From the NCBI RefSeq assembly GCF_006345805.1, contig NC_042999.1:165850001-165914000 (forward strand): a stretch of 64,000 nt of DNA. The letters run 5' to 3'. Positions 27,427 to 38,060 of the stretch are shown here, in pieces. A program made the position numbers and the translations under genes. This stretch comes from Octopus sinensis. Taxonomy: Eukaryota. A model generated the notes under the pieces. It was not told the DNA's origin. It did no database searches and was given only the letters and a program-made list of their open reading frames with translations. Numbering within the stretch: the first letter of the stretch is position 1; every line of letters begins with the position of its first letter.

Positions 27427-29196
27427 GGATCTTTTCCTTTTGAACGGCAGTTTTCAACACAATTTCTAGTTAACTAAGCACTTTTAAACTTCGTATACTG
27501 GTAGAATGTGTCAAAATAAAACATTTTTTCTCTTGGCTTTCTAGAGAAAATTATAATTTGTAAGTTTAACGTAGTTTAATTTTTCAAATTTTAACCAATC
27601 CTATTGCCTCTATTGAGCTGAAATCATTTGCTGTGTCTAAAACAGACAACATCCTGTCACTAACCCTAACCCTAAATTTTAGCCTTTCATTTTTTTTTTC
27701 TTAATTGTTAAATTAATTTAAGGATAACAATTAAGAAAAAAAAATGAAAGGCTAAAACGAAAGCAATGGAAAATAATTTTAATTTAACAATTAAGAAAAA
27801 AACAAAACAAAAGGCTAAAACGAAAGCAAAAACTCAAAACAAAAACAAAACGAATAATTTTAGACACATGCGTAACAATTAAGAAAAAAAAAACGAAAGG
27901 CTAAAATTTAGGGTTAGAGTTAGTGACAGGATTTTGTCTCAGTTTTAGACGCAGCAAATGATTTCAGCTCAATAGAGGCGATAGGATTGGTTTAAATTCA
28001 AAAAATTAAACTATGTTAAACTTACAAATTACAATTTTCTCAAGAAAGCCAAGAGAAAAAAATGTTTTATTTTGACACATTCTACCAGTATACGAAGTTT
28101 AACCCTTTCATTACCAAACCGCCCAAAACTGCCCGAATTTACCTATTCATATTTAAATGAGAATATCAGAGCAAATCTCTTTAGTACATTCGTGAAAACA
28201 CGTATTATACTTCGTAAAGAGTTCAACTACAGTTTTGTACAAAAATCGAAGTGTAATTTTAATTCCGTGAATTTTGGGAGATTTTTTTCTGAAATTTGTT
28301 CCTATTGTGTTTTCAAAATTTGTAATTCTGACAAAAAATGGATACGAATTTCATTATATCAAGCAGCAAGTCAGAATTCGAAGGATTTTCTACTGAAGAC
28401 CTTCATAAATCTAACTCTATGACTGAAAAAAAAAAGCATGTGGTATTTGATAATGAATCTGATGTTTCATTTTCCGAAAGTGAAAACAGTGAATCCGAGA
28501 GCTCCGACAGCGATAAAGAAAATGAATTGGCACCTGAATGGAGTAAAAATTTAAAAACTGTTTCTTTCGGTGATTTTTCTGAAGAAACTGGACCAAGCCC
28601 CAGACTTTCCCAGGAGAGTAAAGCCTTAGACTATTTCTTTTTACTTTTTCGAATGAGCCTATTTGAAATCATTACGGCGGAAACGAACCGTTACACTAAA
28701 TGTAAACAAAACGAAAGAAAGTGGTTTCCCATAACCTTAAATGAAATTAAGACTGTTTTGCCATAAATATTATTATGGGTATCAGAAAGTTACCCAGAAT
28801 AACAAATTCTATCGTAAAATTTTGTTGTATACCCAATTGAATATTAGCTAATAACCCATTTTCTATAGCGATGTTTGAACAAAATTTTAATAATTTTATA
28901 TTTTGTTGAATTTACCTGTATCTACCTGCAATTAGAGTCACTTTGTGACAAAAATTATAGTATAGAATTGGTTGAGAACATTTCATTAAATTATCTTCCA
29001 AAATTCACGTTAATATATTGATAAATAAAAAAGTTATAGTTGTTTAATGAAACCAGACTAAATTTATGATTATGTTAGAAATTAATTGACACACATATGG
29101 TGTGTATTTTGGTCAGAAATATAGTAACGAAAGGGTTAAAAGTGTTTAGTTAACTAGAAATTGTGTTGAAAACTGCCGTTCAAAAGGAAAAGATCC
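27427..29196. mobile_element. Long-TIR non-autonomous DNA transposon (Merlin-like), interrupted by a piggyBac derivative
   Basis: Termini GGATCTTTTCCTTTTGAACGGC at both ends, inverted arms of about 285 bp, 8-bp TSD gatctttg / aatctttg, and internal aacaattaagaaaa subrepeats. About 733 bp after removing the nested insert. Confidence 0.75.
28103..29135 (+). mobile_element. Internally deleted piggyBac element carrying a transposase N-terminal remnant (ORF 28338-28766)
   Basis: TTAA TSD (28099-28102 and 29136-29139) and TIR CCCTTTCATTAC / GTAACGAAAGGG. The ORF has an acidic Ser-rich region, then LDYFFLLF...EIITAETNRY...W.PITLNE, and continues after a frameshift as INIIMGIRKLP, which is typical of piggyBac transposases. 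The DDD domain is missing. Confidence 0.9.
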
Positions 29197-32100
29197 AATC
29201 TTTGTTATGTTAAAGGAGTAGATTGAAAAGGAGTACATAGTCAGTTAAATTCCATTGTATTGCTGATTGATATTTCATTGACCCCCCTCCACTTCCAAGA
29301 AGGATAAATGGTAACGCTAACCTCAACGGGATTTAAGCTTGGAATGTAAAAAAACAGTGTAGCATACATTATAGGAGAGCAAAGTATTTAGCATTTAAGC
29401 AATAAATGTTCTACCTTTCCATTCTGTATTTTTTAAAGAAATGGTTTTTAGATTTTAATGCTTTCTTATTCAGAAGCTGGCAATTTTTTTAAATAAAACA
29501 AAATTTTTTTATCAGAATATTAATGAATTGAAGCATTTTAAAATTTGCAGAAAATAAAAAGGAAAATCTCTTAACCAATTCAGTGTTTTGTATCTATTTT
29601 GAGATATATATTAGGTTCACATTTTAGATAGATAATATCTATGTATTCTATAAATTTTCTGTCGAGATGAAAACAAAAGTATTTCATTATTACAATGTCA
29701 ACCACACGATAGACTCATACATATCAATAAGTTCAACGAGGCAAAAAAACCCAAAAAAAAACAAAAACACACACAAATCTTTCTAATAACTATGCTTCAT
29801 ATAGCTACAGTGAAATTCTTTCTGTGATTAGGCCACAGTTGTATGCTGAAAATTTTGACATCTTACAAAATAAATGGAAATTTATTATAACAGTTTTGTT
29901 TTTTTTCTTTTCCTCTTTTGATAACTAAAATGGCTATTCGACAATGTAATGTAAATTTTAATTTCTTATTACTTCATATCAACAATTACGAACCAAAACC
30001 TTTCCTGTATATTGTCTGATATCGATTGACAATGTCTCCTGTTAGGGCAAAACAATTCAGAAGTTAAATGTAAAATGGAAATCGAGCTGGTGAAATTACA
30101 AAATGTACTTATTTTCTGGTTATAAGCTGCTGCTTTATATATATATAGTTTGTTTATATGCTACTATAAGAACATATACATACTTGCTAAAATTTTACTT
30201 GCTTTATTAATTTATTGTAATAGGAAATAACATGGGCTATTTCAGATGTGACCATCCAGTCTATATATATATATATATAACTTTATATTATGTTAAAATC
30301 ATTCAATAAAACTAAAGAAAATATTTTTATGTAAATTGTATATATATATATCAGGAGTGGCTGTGTGGTAAGAAGTTTGCTTCTCAAGCACATAGTTCTT
30401 GGTTCAGTCCCACTGCATGGCTCCTTGGGCAAGTGTCTTCTACTATAGCCTCGGGTCAACCAAAACCTTGTGAGTGAATTTGGTAGACAGAAACTGAAAG
30501 AAGCTCGTTATATATATATGTGTGTGTGTTTGTCTCCCCCACCCACCATCGCCTGACAACTGATGCTGGTGTGGTTATGTCCCCATAACTTAGCAAAAGA
30601 GACCGATAGAAATAAGTACTAGGCTTACAAAGAATAAGTCCTGGGGGGTTGATTTGTTTGACTAAAGGCGGTTCTCCAGCATGGCCATAGTCAAATGTTT
30701 GAAACAAGTAAAAGAATGTGTGTGTGTGTGTGTTTGTCTCTCTCTCTCTCTCTCTCACCACTACTTGATAATCAGTGTTGGTTTATTTATGACCCTGTAG
30801 CTAAGTGATTCAGCAAAAGAAACTGATAGAATAAATGCTTGACTTCAAACTAGGGATTGGGTTTGATTTGTTTGACGAACTTCAATGACTGAAACAGTTT
30901 AACACATTAAAATTATATTGCTTGGATGACCATAGCTGGAACACTTTTATTTCCTCATTTTTGCAGGTTATTGAAACTCAAAGAAAATTTCAAGAAGCAT
31001 TCATACACAATGTAGCAACACATAAACTGAAACAAGTTTGCATTTTATCCTTTCTCTTTTTGCATTTTAATTTTGAATCGTTTTGCAGTGTTAATGAACT
31101 AGGAATCAACCTTGATTGGTAGAGTTTTGATAAGGACACACATAAGATATATAATGAACATTTAATATATCATCACTATCATAGAAAAATGTAGCATTAT
31201 TATATGGTGATTAAAGTTCTTCATTACACATCAGTTAGCTTGGACAATGTATATAACTTAATTCCAGTTATACTGTCCAAAATATGGCTATGCACATGGG
31301 ACTGGAAGAATTACTAACACTCAGTTCTCATGTATCATGCTCACCATATTGCTTTAGATTTAAAAATCTGGAGAGGAAAAATAAATGGATGAATTATTCA
31401 AGAATACAATATTTTGTTGGTCATAATTCTACCATTAATAATAATAATTATCTTTCTACTATAGGCACGAGGCTTGAAATTTTGGGAGGCGGGAACGAGT
31501 CGATTACAGCGATCCCAGTGCTCAACTGGTATTTATTTTATCAACCCTGAAAGGATGAAAAGCAGAGTCAGTTTTAACAGAATTTGAACTCGAAAATGTA
31601 AAGAGGAGCATATTGCTTTTTGTCCAGAGTGCTTAAGGATCCTAACAGCTCATCACCTCAATAATAATAATAATAATAATTTTGCCACAGGGGCAGCCAT
31701 TTTGGGGGAGGTGATGAGTTGATTACATTGACACATATTCAGCTGGTTCTTATTTTATTGACTGCGAAAGGATGAAAGGTAAAGTCGACCTCAGTGGAAT
31801 TTGAACTCAGAACATAGTAACGCGCAAAATACCACTAAGCATTTTGTCTGGTGCACTAGCAATTCTGCCACCTATTATTAATAATAATAATAATAATCAT
31901 TTAACATCTGTTTTCCATTCTGGCATAGGTTGGACAGTTTAGCAAGCAGAAGACTGCACCAGGCCTCAGTGTCTGTTTTGGGGTGGTTTTTATAGCTGGA
32001 GACCCTTTCCAATGCCAGTCACTTTGCAGAGTGGACTAATAATAATAATTTGTTTCTAAATTGGGTACAAGATCACAGCTTTTGGAAGAGAGATTAGTAA

Positions 32101-33078
32101 TTGATCTAATTATTCTGTTGTCTCTGGAAAAGCATGGTGACCTTACCTTTAATCTTTCTAGGGTCTTTCATCTAAACAGAATAATAAGTCATAATAATTA
32201 TTTACAACATAGGTATAAGGCCACAGATTTATGGAGATGAGTATAGTTGCTTAAATTAACTCTCTTATGCGACTTGAATAGGCTAAAAGGAGCATTTGCC
32301 TGCTAAAATAACAACCAAATCTCTGTTAGCCTTTTTGTTACCAAATTTCTGTTAAACTTATATTACCTTTGTTTCAATTAGTTTATAAAGTGATGAGAAA
32401 TTTAGTGAAATAACTTTGTCGTTATTAAGCTGGTGTGAATGGAATATAACTTATCAAGAAATTTTGATGGAAGGTTTTAACTTGGATCACTTTAAAAGAA
32501 GTTTGTGTCCTAGAATGGAGGGATGGTCTCAAGTGGGTTGGTATCAAAAGGGTTAAATGACACCAGTCCATCTTCAGAAGAAAAAAAAATCATGGAGAAA
32601 CTCTTGTCAATTTGTAGTATGTAATTGCAAATACATCGTCTGGGAATAGACATGATGGCCATGATTGGAATGCTTTTGATCATATCTTTATTAGATTAAT
32701 GTTTACACAGGGCTTAATAATAATGATGATGATGTAAATAATTATTATGGGACCTCAATATACAAGCATAATCTGTTCTGGTGCTCTGTTAATTAACCAA
32801 ATTATATCACATGAATAATTGAAATACTTATCAATGCAGAAACCCCTGTCAATTTGTATTATGTAATAGCAAATACATGGTTGGAGAATAGAGAGGATGG
32901 CCATGTCTGGAATGTTTTTGATCATAGGTTTGTTGGATTAATATTTATCCTGGGCTAAATGATAATAATAATAATGATGATGATGATGATGATGATGTTT
33001 TGTCACATCTGTTAAGTAACATGGTAGACAGTACCAGTTTGGATAGATATAATATAAAATTTATATTTTCCTTTGCAG

Positions 33079-33394
33079 GGAGCTGCCATTGAAGATGAAT
33101 AACATGCATCAGAATCCTGTTGAAGAAGGGGTCAAAATTGTTGACTGCACACAAACTTGCAACAAATTCGGACTTCATTATCATGCGGTTTACCTGTGGT
33201 GTGTCAAAGACATTTGTGGTATAATATGTGCCATGTTCACTTGGTTTCTAATTGGATATGCAGAATTTGCAGTGATGTTCGTTATCCTGATTCCAGGACC
33301 ATCACAGCTGTATTCATTTATCAATGGAATTATCTTTAACAGTTTTGTTCTTCTAGCTCTGGGAGCTCACATCCGAACAATGTTATCTGACCCG
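33079..33394 (+). CDS. ZDHHC3: ZDHHC3/7-like palmitoyltransferase exon (N-terminus, TM1-TM2, ends MLSDP)
   Basis: Acceptor tttcctttgcag| and donor CCG|gtaaat. Translation ...WCVKDICGIICAMFTWFLIGYAEFAVMFVILIP...FINGIIFNSFVLLALGAHIRTMLSDP matches ZDHHC3/GODZ ([26 protein letters not shown]...HCRAMLTDP). First in-exon ATG is at 33095. Confidence 0.94.
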
Positions 33395-33502
33395 GTAAAT
33401 CTCCTTTGGTTTCTCACAACACTATACTGTAAATATTGTCTGTTGACCCCATCTTTGACCATTATCATTGTTGTCAGCATCATTTGGGCTCTATGCTCCA
33501 TC

Positions 33503-33537
<35 letters not shown>

Positions 33538-33928
33538 GTACTTAAATGTACATATTGAGCTATATATGAACAATGAATAATATTGATTTATATGCAATCG
33601 CTTACATACTGGGTCTGTGCATGGCTGTTTATCTGTCTGCTTTTATGTGTATTTATCAATATTACATTATTGATAGTCAAAAATTGATGTGGCTTTACTT
33701 GCTGTGTGTGCATGCGGATATATACATACACATATATGCACACACATATATATGAACAAATATATACTTATATACATGTGTGTGTGTGTATCTATATATA
33801 GTTTATTAGTATTTAGGTTGATAAGTGCCAATGTACGAAACTCACAGCCCTTGAGTCACTCTTGCTTCTGCTAAATATTAATGAAAATGTTCTATTTTTC
33901 CTGTTTGCATCACCATACCTCTCTCTTC

Positions 33929-33938
33929 CCTATATATA

Positions 33939-34033
<95 letters not shown>

Positions 34034-34036
34034 CAC

Positions 34037-34120
<84 letters not shown>

Positions 34121-34140
34121 CACACACACACACACACATA

Positions 34141-34193
<53 letters not shown>

Positions 34194-34200
34194 TATATAT
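33929..34200. repeat. Compound (TA)n/(CA)n microsatellite
   Basis: Directly visible. Similar tracts at about 34868-35090, 36190-36395, 36960-37135 and 63415-63560. These generate the YIYI/THTH pseudo-ORFs. Confidence 0.95.
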
Positions 34201-34279
34201 GTACCAGTCATAGGATTGATTCATTTCGATTGAAATCGAAATCTGGATCGAAATTGAACCAATCCTATGACTGGCACCT

Positions 34280-34866
34280 GGCAGATACCAGGAGCCCTGG
34301 ACTGGAGATTCCTAAAAAGCACTATCCGAATAGTGGCCAATGCCAGCGCCGCCTCGACTGGCTTCCGTGTCGGTGGCATGTAAAAAGCACCATCTGAATC
34401 GTGGCCGAAGCCAGTGCCGCCTCAACTGGCTTCTGTGCAGGTGGCACATGAAATGCACCAAACCGACCAATCCGACCGTGGCCGATGCCAGCCTCGCCTG
34501 GCTCCAATGCATGTGGCACGTAAAAAACACCCACTACACTCATGGAGTGGTTGGCGTTAGGAAGGACATCCAGCTGTAGAAACATTGCCAGATAAGACCA
34601 GAGCCTGGGGCAGCCTTCTGGCTTCCCAGATCCCCGGTCGAACCGTCCAACCCATGCTAGCATGGAGAACGGACGTTAAACGATGATGGCACGTAAAAAG
34701 CACCCACTACACTCGCGGAGTGGTTGGTGTTAGGAAGGGCATCCAGCTGTAGAAACTCTGCCAGATCAGACTGGAACTTGGTGCAGCCCCTGGCTTCCCA
34801 TGCCCCAGTCGAACCGTCCAACCCATGTTAGCGCGGAAAACGGACGTTAAACGATGATGATGATGA
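34280..34866 (+). mobile_element. SINE-like family C (internal gtggcacgtaaaaagcac repeats, (GAT)n tail) with a tandemly duplicated 3' part
   Basis: The 3' ~170 nt occur twice (about 34515-34687 and 34688-34866). Other copies at about 7375-7560, 19156-19570, 31897-32037, 38935-39160 and 52528-52770 (-), and 19730-20015, 40680-40910, 49100-49473 and 50900-51103 (+). The 49100 copy directly follows an RTE ORF remnant, suggesting a shared RTE 3' tail. Confidence 0.82.
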
Positions 34867-34875
34867 TATATATAT

Positions 34876-34945
<70 letters not shown>

Positions 34946-35427
34946 CATATATCTACATATACATATATATATATATACACACACACACACATATATACAT
35001 ACATATATCATCATCATCATCATCGTTTAGCATCCGTTTTCCATGCTAGCATATATGTATATATATATATACACACACACATATATATATATCAGTAAAT
35101 ACATATATAGACAGTGAGATCTCTGCATACAAACATAATCTGAACCAAATTATCTGTCACACATGAGTGATTGAAATATTTATAAATAGGGGTTACATGT
35201 CCCGGGCCACACAGCATGAACACATAAAGTGATGTTTTATTTCGTCATCCATCAATAGAAAATACAGAAATAGAGATGTGTGTGTGTGCGTGCGTGCGTG
35301 CACGTGGTTGTCTCATTGTCTTGCTTCTGTCAACCAATGGTAATGTATTTAGCAAAAATACAGAAAATATTATTTTCTACATAAAATATGAAAATTGCAA
35401 GCAATATGAATTACTTATATTACTATT

Positions 35428-35639
35428 TACTATTTTACTTGTTTCAGTCATTTGACTGCGGCCATGCTGGATCACCGCCTTTAATCGAGCAACTCGACCC
35501 CGGGACTTATTCTTTTGTAAGCTCAGTACTTGTTCTATCGGTCTCTTTTGCCGAACTGCTAAGTAACAGGGGACATAAACACACCAGCATCGGTTGTCAA
35601 GCAATGCTAGGGGGGACAAACACAGACACACAAACACGT

Positions 35640-35672
<33 letters not shown>

Positions 35673-35834
35673 CGACGGGCTTCTTTCAGTTTCCGTCTAC
35701 CAAATCCACTCACAAGGCTTTGGTCGGCCCGAGGCTATAGCAGAAGACACTTGTCCAAGATGCCATGCAGTGGGACTGAACCCGGAACCATGTGGTTGGT
35801 TAGCAAGCTACTTACCACACAGCCACTCCTGCCT
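35428..35834 (-). mobile_element. SINE family A, near-intact minus-strand copy
   Basis: Nearly the reverse complement of 3981-4383. Confidence 0.9.
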
Positions 35835-36353
35835 ATGGTCGTTAATGAATCACTTGTACTCAGCCACTTACATGGAAGTATAGTATACTCATGGTTTGTT
35901 ATTCAAATTTCAGGCTGAATGTAATTTTTTTCAGAGAAACTGTTTACTGTACAATTTGTTCGTTTTAGCTTAGTGTTCGTATCTGCTCTTCCAGCAGTTT
36001 CCTGTGTGCATAGCCAACCCATGGTTTTTAGTTCAAGCTTCAGTGTGCCAAGCAAATAACCTCCCAGTATCTCATACAAATGCATTGTCTGTTCTTTGAT
36101 TTAACTTCTGCTCATACTGCAAGTTTAATTTTCATCAATAAAACTGTTTGTTATTCAATTTGTTCATATAAAGAAATGTATGTGCATGCATACCCTGCTG
36201 TATATATATGCATACGTGTGTGTGTGTATACATACATATATGCATATAGACACACCTATATATACACACACACATATATACATAACACACACAATATATA
36301 TATAATATAAATAATATGCATATATACATACGTATATGTACATACATCTATAC

Positions 36354-36394
<41 letters not shown>

Positions 36395-36399
<5 letters not shown>

Positions 36400-36621
36400 C
36401 TTTACTACCCACAAGGGGCTAAACACAGAGAGGACAAACAAGGACAGACAAAGGGATTAAGTTGATTACATCGACCCCAGTGCGTAACTGGTACTTAATT
36501 TAACGACCCCGAAAGGATGAAAGGCAAAGTCAACCTCGGCGGAATTTGAACTCAGAACGTAACGACAGACGAAATACAGCTACGAATTTCGCCCGGTGTG
36601 TTAACGTTTCTGCCAGCTCAC
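36395..36621 (-). mobile_element. SINE family B, minus-strand copy
   Basis: Reverse complement of the 10846-11072 family. Its 5' end abuts the long palindrome. Confidence 0.88.
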
Positions 36622-36962
36622 ATATATGCACATGTGGGCACAGGACGTCATGAAACATGTACAACAAAAAAGTACAAAGCACAAGTACATGGAACAACGA
36701 AAGACACAAATGGAAAACAAAAGAAACAACATAAAGTGTGACCCTTCAGCAGTTGTTGGCTGCTTTCTAGTCTCATATTTCAAGCATTTAACAACAATGC
36801 TTCAAATATGAGACTAGAAAGCAGCCAACAACTGCTGAAGGGTCACACTTTATGTTGTTTCTTTTGTTTTCCATTTGTGTCTTTCGTTGTTCCATGTACT
36901 TGTGCTTTGTACTTTTTTGTTGTACATGTTTCATGACATCCTGCGCCCACATGTGCATATAT
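36622..36962. repeat. Near-perfect palindrome: 167-bp arms, 7-nt loop
   Basis: 36622-36788 is the reverse complement of 36796-36962 with 3 mismatches by my manual count; the loop is taacaac. Confidence 0.93.
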
Positions 36963-37075
36963 ATATACGTATAGATGTAAGTATGTACATATACGTATGT
37001 ATATATGCATATATATATATATATATATTTTATTTATATTATTATATGATTGAATGCCACACATCCTCTTCCAAG

Positions 37076-37123
<48 letters not shown>

Positions 37124-37136
37124 GATATATAGATAT

Positions 37137-38060
37137 GTATGTGTTACATTGATGACTGTATCAGCACACCCTTACTCTTCACAAACACCTTGACTCCTTC
37201 CTCTCTTTCATCTAGTCCGTCCATCTTGTCCTTGAATTCTCCTGTTCTGTCTCCAACACCTCTCTCAACTTTCTTCACATTTCTGTTACCATCCACCACT
37301 CCCCTCTTACTTCCTCCGTCCACACACTCATACTCTTACCTCAACTTCTCACTCCACCCACACCAAACTGTCTATCACTTATTCTCAGTTCCTCCATCTC
37401 AGCCAGTTCTGTTGTGCTGATGAGGACTTCAAGACACAGTCCCAACTCATGGCTCACCACTTTACCCAATGTGGAACATCCCCCCCCACCACCACCATTA
37501 TCCAAACCACACTTTCCTGTACCTTATCTGTTAACCATGCATCCCCTCTTTCTCCTGGTCCCACCCTTTACCCTTTCTCCCTCAACTACAACCCCTCCAC
37601 CCTGCCCCTCCATCACACCATCCTTTGCGCTCTCTGCCAACTCCAATCTTTTCCCTTGACTTCCTACATGACTTTCAGGTCTGTAGTTTCGTCCCCAATC
37701 CTGGCACCCAACCTGTCTCCCTGCCCCTACCTTTCCAACACCACCATCCTCATCGGTACCCACCACCTCCCCTTCCACATCACTGCACTTCCAACATTGC
37801 AATCTACTGAATCCTCTGCTCTCTATAATTCTATATTGGTGATTTTCTCACCATTTTCCCAAACATCTCTGGGACATCCGACTCAGCAGTGGCGCCTCGG
37901 CCTTATGCCACTTCTTTCAATCAGTCATTTGTTGCAACATCTGTCTGTGTTTGGACAGACATTGCACAGAGGCCACCTAGATTCCCACCTCCATTGAGAG
38001 CAGGAATTATTTCCTCTCTCCATCCCTCTGTCCCTTATGGTCTCAATTTGTCTCCTCACT
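37137..38060 (+). mobile_element. 5'-truncated, decayed Penelope-like retroelement (RT C-terminal half + GIY-YIG)
   Basis: YIDDC motif (ORF 37139), then PSTHSYSYLNFS.HP (cf. KPTDSHSYL), then SITYSQFLHLSQFCCADEDFKTQSQLMAHHFTQCG (RT thumb, across frameshifts), then CPYLSNTT, YIG and KHLWDIR remnants. Confidence 0.75.

Noticed and set aside
27655-27675. Telomere-like ccctaa repeats
   Set aside because: Only two units, and they form part of the transposon TIR mirrored at about 27905-27920. Not an interstitial telomere.
30967-31035. Possible 69-nt exon (ttttgcag|GTT...CAA|gtttgc)
   Set aside because: Weak donor, and it contains a TAG in the phase needed between exons 26828 and 33079. No homology.
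33862-34233. ORFs rich in YI/TH/CV (also at about 36100-37100, 17400-17700 and 63326-63853)
   Set aside because: Translations of TA/CA microsatellites.
37417-37446. CTGATGA-ggac...gtcc hammerhead-like core
   Set aside because: Followed by CAAC rather than GAAA, and it lies within the Penelope RT-thumb coding remnant (DEDFKTQSQL), so it is coincidental.
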